Of a stretch of DNA of 64,000 nucleotides, positions 9,000-14,951 are shown piece by piece (the stretch's first letter is position 1; each line of letters starts with the position of its first letter). The notes below the pieces were generated by a model. It was not told the origin of the DNA. It worked only from the letters and a program-made list of their open reading frames with translations, and ran no database searches. A program made the position numbers and the translations under genes. This DNA is from an uncultured Draconibacterium sp. Lineage in GTDB: Bacteria; Bacteroidota; Bacteroidia; Bacteroidales; FEN-979. The stretch lies in NCBI GenBank assembly GCA_964355945.1, contig CAYHGE010000001.1:133486-197485 (forward strand), given 5' to 3'.

Positions 9000-9455
9000 T
9001 TATTTCCCTTCCCTTTCTATTGACATCATTTTATTAATCCGCGGCCAGTGCCTGCCGCCTTCAAATTTTGTTTCAAGCCACAATTTCGCCATTGCACACA
9101 GCTCTTCCTTCGGATGCTGGGCAGTTCCCATCGTCAGCACATTCGCATTGTTATGCTCGCGGCTGTTGACGATCGTTGCCGTGCTCCAGCATAAGGCTGC
9201 CCTGATGCCATGAACCTTGTTACACACCATGGAAGAGCCGATACCCGCGCCATCCAGCATGATTCCCCGTTCACAGTCCCCGGTCACTACTTTCTGGGCT
9301 ACGGCATGTGCGAAATCAGGATAATCCACTTTATCCGTACTATTATTGGTGCCAACATCGACCATCTTATACCCGGCACTTTCGAGATATCTGATCAGCA
9401 TCTCCTTTGCAAGATATGATCCGTGATCAGCACCGATGGCTACTTTTTTAATCAT
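9000..9455 (-). CDS. rpiB: RpiB/LacA/LacB-family sugar-phosphate isomerase
   Basis: Family motifs are VAIGADHGS, NKVHGIRAALC, EHNNANVLTMG and FEGGRH. The first M in the ORF track is a TTG codon; I prefer the ATG at 9455 (MIKKVAIG). Confidence 0.85.
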   Translation of the reverse strand: MIKKVAIGADHGSYLAKEMLIRYLESAGYKMVDVGTNNSTDKVDYPDFAHAVAQKVVTGDCERGIMLDGAGIGSSMVCNKVHGIRAALCWSTATIVNSREHNNANVLTMGTAQHPKEELCAMAKLWLETKFEGGRHWPRINKMMSIEREGK

Positions 9456-9488
9456 TCGCCTGTATTTCTCTAATCTTTTCAAAATATT

Positions 9489-9770
9489 TCAAACATTGGA
9501 ATCATACTGGATTTTATCCACGATTCCTGCTATAACAGCTTTCACTGTGAATGTATCCGGTTCACCAAGGATTAAACGTGCCGAACCGCCTTCTTCCATG
9601 ATCAGCACGATATCTCCGGGACCTGCCTGCATGGTATCAACCGCAAGAAATGACCTGCCGATGGCTTTTCCATCGGGTTTAACGGGTTGAACAACCAAAA
9701 TCTTCCTGGATTCATACCCGACTGCTTTTATGGTAGAAACCACATTCCCGGTAACTTTCGCCAATATCAT
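9489..9770 (-). CDS. BMC-P pentameric vertex shell protein (EutN/CcmL/PduN family), paralogue 4
   Basis: The N-terminus MILAKVTGNVVSTIK is family-typical and the length is 93 aa. Its ATG overlaps the upstream stop codon (ATGA). Confidence 0.9.
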   Translation of the reverse strand: MILAKVTGNVVSTIKAVGYESRKILVVQPVKPDGKAIGRSFLAVDTMQAGPGDIVLIMEEGGSARLILGEPDTFTVKAVIAGIVDKIQYDSNV

Positions 9771-10042
9771 TTTTTGTCCTCCAGATGAATGTTGTCCACG
9801 ATCCCCACGATTGCAGCATCACAGGGATTCATCAGCGTTTCAAGAACCCTTCCGGCCTCTTTGCTTGTTTCGTAATAGATCAGTTCGCCGATGCCCGACT
9901 GGATTGTGTCGAAAGCAACGAGCGGATCTCCATACGGGACGAGATGCTCATCAACAGGTTGCACAAGCATCAGTTTGATGCCTTCAAACTCGAAGACTTT
10001 CTTCGTGCTTACAACTCTGCCGGTGACTCTTCCAAGTTTCAT
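9767..10042 (-). CDS. BMC-P pentameric vertex shell protein (EutN/CcmL/PduN family), paralogue 3
   Basis: The N-terminus is MKLGRVTGRVVSTKK, followed by ...LVAFDT...AIVGIVD. The length is 91 aa. Confidence 0.9.
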   Translation of the reverse strand: MKLGRVTGRVVSTKKVFEFEGIKLMLVQPVDEHLVPYGDPLVAFDTIQSGIGELIYYETSKEAGRVLETLMNPCDAAIVGIVDNIHLEDKK

Positions 10043-10079
10043 AGCAATCGTTTCTTTTTGATTAACCTCATCCCCTGCA

Positions 10080-10103
10080 CCCCTTCTCCTGAAGGAGAAG
10101 GGG
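10080..10103 (-). other. Perfect 10-bp-stem hairpin inside the BMC operon
   Basis: CCCCTTCTCC-TGAA-GGAGAAGGGG sits in the 121-nt gap between the aldehyde dehydrogenase stop and the next BMC-P start. No U-tract follows it. Confidence 0.6.
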
Positions 10104-10163
10104 ACGGGCGTGGTTCATTTTTCATCAGGTCGTTTTATCACTTTCAGCGATTTGTTTCCGGGA

Positions 10164-11582
10164 TCAAATTATCCTGAAATAGTCAACCAGCGTACACCTG
10201 CGTTCCCGGGAGAAAGTTCTCGCCCTGGTAACGCCTTCACCGGTAGGGCTGGCAATGGTGAAGGATGCAAACCCGGCACCGCCTTGGCCCAGCCCTGCAT
10301 AGCTGGGGCCATTTTTGATAAAGATCGAGCAATTCATCGCTTTGGCCATTTTGCTGAGCTTGGCAATATTGAGGGAGTGCATGATGGCGGTGTGCCGGAA
10401 TCCATGTTCACATTCAACAGCAAGATCAATGGCGGCATCCACGTCTTTCACACGCACCAGGGGCATGACCGGCATCAGCTGTTCGGTCCATACGAGGGGA
10501 TGTTCCTTCCCCACTTCACAAAGCAGGAGCCGGGTTGATGGCGGCACTGTAAGCCCGATTTCCCTGGCAATGGCATCTGCATTCTTGCCGATATACTTCT
10601 TCTCAGCGGCCCCTTCTTTTCCCGGACCACCCGGATCAGAGATAACCAGTGCGGTGATTTTTTTAATTTGTTCAGGATTTAATTCGAAGGCACCGTTTTT
10701 AACCAGCTCTGCTTTTAACCGGTCGGCAACCGATTCAACAACGATGATCTCTTTCTCGCAAATGCAGATGATGTTGTTGTCGAAACCGGCACCATTGACA
10801 ATATCCCTGCCGGCTTTGGCCAGGTCGGCGGTTTCATCCACCACGCAGGGCGGGTTTCCCGGGCCTGCGGCAATGACCTTTTTCCCGCTGTTCATGGCAA
10901 CTTTCACAACGGCGGGGCCGCCTGTGACAACCAGGATGGCAATATCCGGGTGCGACATCAGGCTTTTTGCAGAATCAATGGTTGGTTCATCGATGCAGGT
11001 AAGCAAATTTGCCGGTCCGCCGGCTTCCATGATTGCATGATTAAGCAACGTGATGAGCCATCCGGAGACCTTCTTTGCAGAAGGATGCGGATTAAACACC
11101 ACCGAATTGCCGGCAGCGATCATGCCAATGCTGTTGCTGATGATGGTCACCGTCGGATTTGTACTGGGCGTGATGGAACCGATTACGCCATAGGGCGCAC
11201 GTTCTACAAGAGTTAATCCGTCATCATCCGAATAGGATTCTGATACAATATCTTCGACTCCGGGTGTTTTATGAATTCCCAGGCTGTTTTTAATGATCTT
11301 GTCTTCCCATCGCCCAAGGCCGGTCTCTTCATGGGCCATCCTGGAGATGTTTTCGTTGTTGGCAAGCGCGGTTTTACGGATACTCGTGATGATGTTTTTC
11401 CGGGTTTCCAGGGTTGATCTACTGAACTCCCTGAAAGCCAGTCCGGCAGCTGTAATCGCCTCATTGATGTTAGAAAACACCCCTGCATTTTTTGAAGAAG
11501 CCGCCGTTTTTTGCGGAAAGATGTTCATGTCCTGGATGACGTCCTGCACCAGCTGGCGTATGTTTTTTTCAAGATTGTCCAT
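10164..11582 (-). CDS. CoA-acylating aldehyde dehydrogenase (EutE/PduP-like) with an N-terminal amphipathic extension
   Basis: At 472 aa, it carries the catalytic Cys region GAGFDNNIICICEKE and the C-terminus RRCTLVDYFRII. An AGGAGGG SD lies 8 nt upstream of the ATG. Confidence 0.9.
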   Translation of the reverse strand: MDNLEKNIRQLVQDVIQDMNIFPQKTAASSKNAGVFSNINEAITAAGLAFREFSRSTLETRKNIITSIRKTALANNENISRMAHEETGLGRWEDKIIKNSLGIHKTPGVEDIVSESYSDDDGLTLVERAPYGVIGSITPSTNPTVTIISNSIGMIAAGNSVVFNPHPSAKKVSGWLITLLNHAIMEAGGPANLLTCIDEPTIDSAKSLMSHPDIAILVVTGGPAVVKVAMNSGKKVIAAGPGNPPCVVDETADLAKAGRDIVNGAGFDNNIICICEKEIIVVESVADRLKAELVKNGAFELNPEQIKKITALVISDPGGPGKEGAAEKKYIGKNADAIAREIGLTVPPSTRLLLCEVGKEHPLVWTEQLMPVMPLVRVKDVDAAIDLAVECEHGFRHTAIMHSLNIAKLSKMAKAMNCSIFIKNGPSYAGLGQGGAGFASFTIASPTGEGVTRARTFSRERRCTLVDYFRII

Positions 11583-12140
11583 TTACTTGCCCTCCTGCTG
11601 TAGGAAATATGGTTTTATTTCAGGGTGTGGCTGCGGGATCAGTGTTGACATGCAAAGCAGATCTTTCTCCCGGGCTTTGGCTGTTCCGGCTTCCAGGGCT
11701 GCCTCCATGGCATCCAGCGTTCCGAGCATTTTAACATAAGATTTACCTCCAAAACCGATGGCCAGCCTGATTTCTATTAGTTTAATATTGCTCTCTTTTG
11801 CTGCGAGGTCGGCGGCTTCAATGCTGGATACCACGGATAATGTTTCAATGATTCCGATGGCGTTCCAGTGATCGCAGGCAACAACGTTTCCGATGGCTGG
11901 AACAAGGTCCGGATGGGCCATGGGAAGAAACAGACTGTCGATGATGAAATTTTTACCGATTTCGAAACCTTTATTAAACGAGTATTCCACAGATGCAACA
12001 TCCCCGCTGAAGACGATCAGGTATTTGCCGGGGCAAAGCGTCCTGGCTTCAATGATTCTGACCGGAGCAATCTTTACCATTTCATCCAGTGCCTTGATCC
12101 CGATAGCAATGCTGCTATACTCCAATACCCCCAAAACCAT
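11583..12140 (-). CDS. BMC-T tandem-domain shell protein, PduT-like
   Basis: It has two BMC repeats in about 185 aa (LGVLEYSSIAIG... and IGIIETLSVVSSIEAAD...). The segment RTLCPGKYLIVFSGDV resembles the PduT Fe-S cluster Cys motif (TICPGKF). The first ORF-track M is a TTG; an ATG is at 12140. Confidence 0.8.
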   Translation of the reverse strand: MVLGVLEYSSIAIGIKALDEMVKIAPVRIIEARTLCPGKYLIVFSGDVASVEYSFNKGFEIGKNFIIDSLFLPMAHPDLVPAIGNVVACDHWNAIGIIETLSVVSSIEAADLAAKESNIKLIEIRLAIGFGGKSYVKMLGTLDAMEAALEAGTAKAREKDLLCMSTLIPQPHPEIKPYFLQQEGK

Positions 12141-12159
12141 CAATTCCGCCGATCCCTCA

Positions 12160-12447
12160 TTATTTCATGTATGTAACCTGCTCATTTTCATCAATCTTGT
12201 CGACAATCCCCACGATCAGTGCATCAACTGGCTTGTTGGTCGTAAGCGGTGTTTCCCTGGAAGGGCTGCCTTCCGTGACCATCACCAGTTCATCATGACC
12301 TGCACCTAGAACATCGAGTGCAACAAGGTAGTCTCCTTTTCTTTCACCATGCTGATTTGACTTCTCAACCAGGAGATATCGGGCTCCGTTCATGCTGTCA
12401 TTTCTTGAACTGCAAACGACTGTTCCGACTACTTTGGCTAGGATCAT
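12160..12447 (-). CDS. BMC-P pentameric vertex shell protein (EutN/CcmL/PduN family), paralogue 2
   Basis: The N-terminus is MILAKVVGTVVCSSR, followed by ...LVALDVLGAG...LIVGIVDKI. The length is 95 aa. Confidence 0.9.
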   Translation of the reverse strand: MILAKVVGTVVCSSRNDSMNGARYLLVEKSNQHGERKGDYLVALDVLGAGHDELVMVTEGSPSRETPLTTNKPVDALIVGIVDKIDENEQVTYMK

Positions 12448-12454
12448 GGGTCAG

Positions 12455-12751
12455 TTACCTGTTTTTCTGATACGTAAACGCGCCATCCTTTTCAATGTGA
12501 TCCACAATGGCAATGACGGCAGAATCAGAAGGCTTTCCTTCGGTCACATCGGTATTCCTGGCACTGCTGCCGGATACATAGAATACGATGTCTCCCGGTC
12601 CAGCACCCACACTGTCCATGGAAACGACAAAGTCACCTTTGCCTTTCATGCTCACAGGGTCGATTTTATCGAGTAGGAGGAATTTTATCCCTTCTATTTT
12701 CTGTGACTTATGACTGGAAACGACTGTTCCCACTACTCTTGCCAGAACCAT
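12455..12751 (-). CDS. BMC-P pentameric vertex shell protein (EutN/CcmL/PduN family), paralogue 1
   Basis: The N-terminus is MVLARVVGTVVSSHK, followed by ...VVSMDSVGAGPGD...AVIAIVDHI. The length is 98 aa. Confidence 0.9.
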   Translation of the reverse strand: MVLARVVGTVVSSHKSQKIEGIKFLLLDKIDPVSMKGKGDFVVSMDSVGAGPGDIVFYVSGSSARNTDVTEGKPSDSAVIAIVDHIEKDGAFTYQKNR

Positions 12752-12754
12752 TTT

Positions 12755-12790
12755 GATTTACGATTGGGGGATTTACGATTTACGATTTGA
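12755..12790. repeat. Imperfect 7-bp tandem repeat (GATTTAC) in the BMC-H / BMC-P spacer
   Basis: The sequence reads GATTTAC GATTGGG G GATTTAC GATTTAC GATTTGA. Confidence 0.8.
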
Positions 12791-12796
12791 GGTTTG

Positions 12797-13099
12797 CTAT
12801 TTTTTGGTGGTGCCTCTGCCCAATGGTAAAGCGCTGTCAACATTCTGGTGAGGTCTTGGGATGACGTGGGATGAAACAAGTTCACCGACTTTCTGGGCAG
12901 CCTGAACGCCGGCATCCACTGCAGCTCTTACTGAGGCAACATCACCGCGGACGATTGCAGTGACGTATCCACCACCAATTTTTTCGTAACCGACCAATTC
13001 TACTTTGGCAGCTTTTACCATTGCATCCGATGCCTCCACCATGGCGGAAAAGCCCCTGGTTTCTATCATTCCCAATGCTTCTGAAGTTTGATCATTCAT
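12797..13099 (-). CDS. BMC-H hexameric shell protein (PduA/EutM/CcmK-like)
   Basis: It carries the canonical BMC domain: [65 protein letters not shown] precedes the ATG. Confidence 0.95.
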   Translation of the reverse strand: MNDQTSEALGMIETRGFSAMVEASDAMVKAAKVELVGYEKIGGGYVTAIVRGDVASVRAAVDAGVQAAQKVGELVSSHVIPRPHQNVDSALPLGRGTTKK

Positions 13100-13133
13100 G
13101 ATTATTTCTCCTTATTGATTAGTTGTTTATGTT

Positions 13134-13757
13134 TTATTTGTAATCCTCCCTGCCGGATATTTCGGCCAGGCGTTGTTCCACAATTGTTTTACATTCAAGT
13201 ACTTCTGCTTCTTCACCGCCAATATAGACCCTGCCGAACTTGCCAAATCCCATCACATCGATGATGTTGATATGGGCTGCTTTTTCTGCTTCATTGGCGG
13301 CATAATAGGCATATCCGGCGGGCTCAACTTCGAGGACAAACAGTGTGTCGCCTCTCAGCAGCATCATGCCCATCCGGGTCCGGTTGATCAGCTGGGCATG
13401 GTGATCTTCCACATTTTTAATCAGCTGACTTGTCAGGATCCGTGGTTTTATCCTGTCAAATTCAATTTTGTCGATGGCTTTCAACACCGCTTCGCCTGCC
13501 ATACGGGTTTCGCCCTGGCTGTCGGAATGGACTTCCAGCATGCCATAAGCCCTTTCGACGATTTGCATGCCCGGTGTTACACGGGTTGCCTTCAGGGCAA
13601 TGTCGGTGAGGGTGTTGATCTCTATTCCGGGCGCTATTTCTATGATACAGCATGCCTGTCCTGCAACAGGGAGGTAACCTCTTGATACGGTTGAGAGGTA
13701 AGAGGCCATCTGTAATTGCAGGGAGTCCAGAAAAATGTAGGTTCTTAGATCAATCAT
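13134..13757 (-). CDS. BMC-T tandem permuted-domain shell protein, CcmP/CsoS1D-like (double-stacking, gated-pore type)
   Basis: It is colinear by eye with CcmP: LRTYIFLDSLQ, GIEINTLTDIALKATRV.PG, YGMLEVHS, QLINRTRMG, LFVLEVEPAGYA and ANEAEKAA. The ORF-track start at 13787 is a TTG; I prefer the ATG at 13757 (MIDLRTY). Confidence 0.8.
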   Translation of the reverse strand: MIDLRTYIFLDSLQLQMASYLSTVSRGYLPVAGQACCIIEIAPGIEINTLTDIALKATRVTPGMQIVERAYGMLEVHSDSQGETRMAGEAVLKAIDKIEFDRIKPRILTSQLIKNVEDHHAQLINRTRMGMMLLRGDTLFVLEVEPAGYAYYAANEAEKAAHINIIDVMGFGKFGRVYIGGEEAEVLECKTIVEQRLAEISGREDYK

Positions 13758-13861
13758 GGTTGCTTTTTTTATACCGCTAAGGCGCAAAGACGCAAATAAA
13801 TAAGAAAACCGTTGCTTTTTAGCGTCTTGCCGTCTTCGCGGTGAATAAGGACTTTATGTTG

Positions 13862-13869
13862 CAAAGATA
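13862..13869 (-). promoter_or_regulatory. Candidate Bacteroidota sigma-A -7 box (TATCTTTG on the minus strand) for the BMC operon
   Basis: It matches TAnnTTTG and lies about 105 nt upstream of the first BMC gene's ATG. Confidence 0.4.
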
Positions 13870-13957
13870 GTTTTTTATACAACAATATTTAATGGTGATT
13901 TGCATCAAAAGATCATTTTTGAAACAGCCAAGATCGAGCTTTGAAATTTAAAAATCC

Positions 13958-13965
13958 TACCTTTG
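13958..13965 (+). promoter_or_regulatory. Candidate -7 box TACCTTTG for rlmF
   Basis: It matches TAnnTTTG and lies 14 nt upstream of the ATG at 13979. The same octamer recurs upstream of two other genes in this window. Confidence 0.5.
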
Positions 13966-13978
13966 TTCAAAAAACACC

Positions 13979-14947
13979 ATGCTCCCGAAGAAGAAAGACC
14001 ACCCCAAAGAAAAAACCAGGTTGCATCCCCGGAACAGGCATCGTGAGCGGTATGATTTTAAAGCACTTGTGGCAACCTGCCCGGAATTGGCTCAGTTCGT
14101 TACCCTGAATGTTTACAAAGACGAATCAATTGCCTTTTCAGATCCTGAAGCGGTGAAGATGCTGAACAAAGCGTTGCTTAATCACTTCTACGGCATCAGC
14201 AGCTGGGATATACCACCCGGGTATTTATGTCCGCCCATCCCGGGTCGGGCCGATTATATCCATCATCTTGCTGATTTATTGGGCAGCAAAAACTTTGGGA
14301 AAATACCAACAGGCGTGAATATCAGGTGTCTGGATATAGGAACAGGTGCCAATTGCGTTTATCCGATCATCGGGAACAAAGAATATGGCTGGTCGTTTAT
14401 CGGTTCTGATATTGATCCGGTTGCCATCGAATCTGCGAATAAAATTATTGACCTGAACACTGAATTAAAAGAATCTGTTGTTGTTCGTTTACAGCCTCAG
14501 CCCAATGATATTTTTTTCGGGATCATCCAACCTGAAGAGCTCTTCGATTTGTCTGTTTGTAATCCTCCGTTTCACGGTTCTCAAGCTGAAGCACAGTCAG
14601 GCACACTGAGGAAGCTGAATAACCTCAATCCGCAAAAGGTGACTGAGCCCGTTTTAAATTTCGGAGGCCAGAACAGTGAATTGTGGTGCAAGGGAGGCGA
14701 GGAGAAATTTGTGCGGGACATGGTTCGGCAAAGCAAATTTTTCGCTGAATCCTGTTTTTGGTATTCCACGCTTATTTCTAAACAATCCCATCTGAAAAGT
14801 GTGTATGAAGCATTGGAAAAAGAACGGGCTGTTGAGGTGAAGACGATCCCGATGGGCCAGGGAAATAAATCGAGCAGGGTGGTGGCCTGGACATTTCTTA
14901 CCCATGAGCAGCAAGGAGCCTGGCGCAATTCAAGATGGAAAGGTTAA
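13979..14947 (+). CDS. rlmF: 23S rRNA (adenine1618-N6)-methyltransferase RlmF
   Basis: Motifs are LHPRNRHRERYDF, CLDIGTGANCVYP and the N6-MTase motif CNPPFH. The length is 322 aa. Confidence 0.85.
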   Translation: MLPKKKDHPKEKTRLHPRNRHRERYDFKALVATCPELAQFVTLNVYKDESIAFSDPEAVKMLNKALLNHFYGISSWDIPPGYLCPPIPGRADYIHHLADLLGSKNFGKIPTGVNIRCLDIGTGANCVYPIIGNKEYGWSFIGSDIDPVAIESANKIIDLNTELKESVVVRLQPQPNDIFFGIIQPEELFDLSVCNPPFHGSQAEAQSGTLRKLNNLNPQKVTEPVLNFGGQNSELWCKGGEEKFVRDMVRQSKFFAESCFWYSTLISKQSHLKSVYEALEKERAVEVKTIPMGQGNKSSRVVAWTFLTHEQQGAWRNSRWKG

Positions 14948-14951
14948 GTAT

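Noticed and set aside
10039-10125. A 28-codon minus-strand ORF whose stop overlaps the BMC-P3 start (ATGA).
   Set aside because: It has no SD, it is a low-complexity Pro/Ser then Lys-rich peptide, and it is largely dictated by the hairpin sequence. I mention it under the hairpin finding but do not call it a gene.
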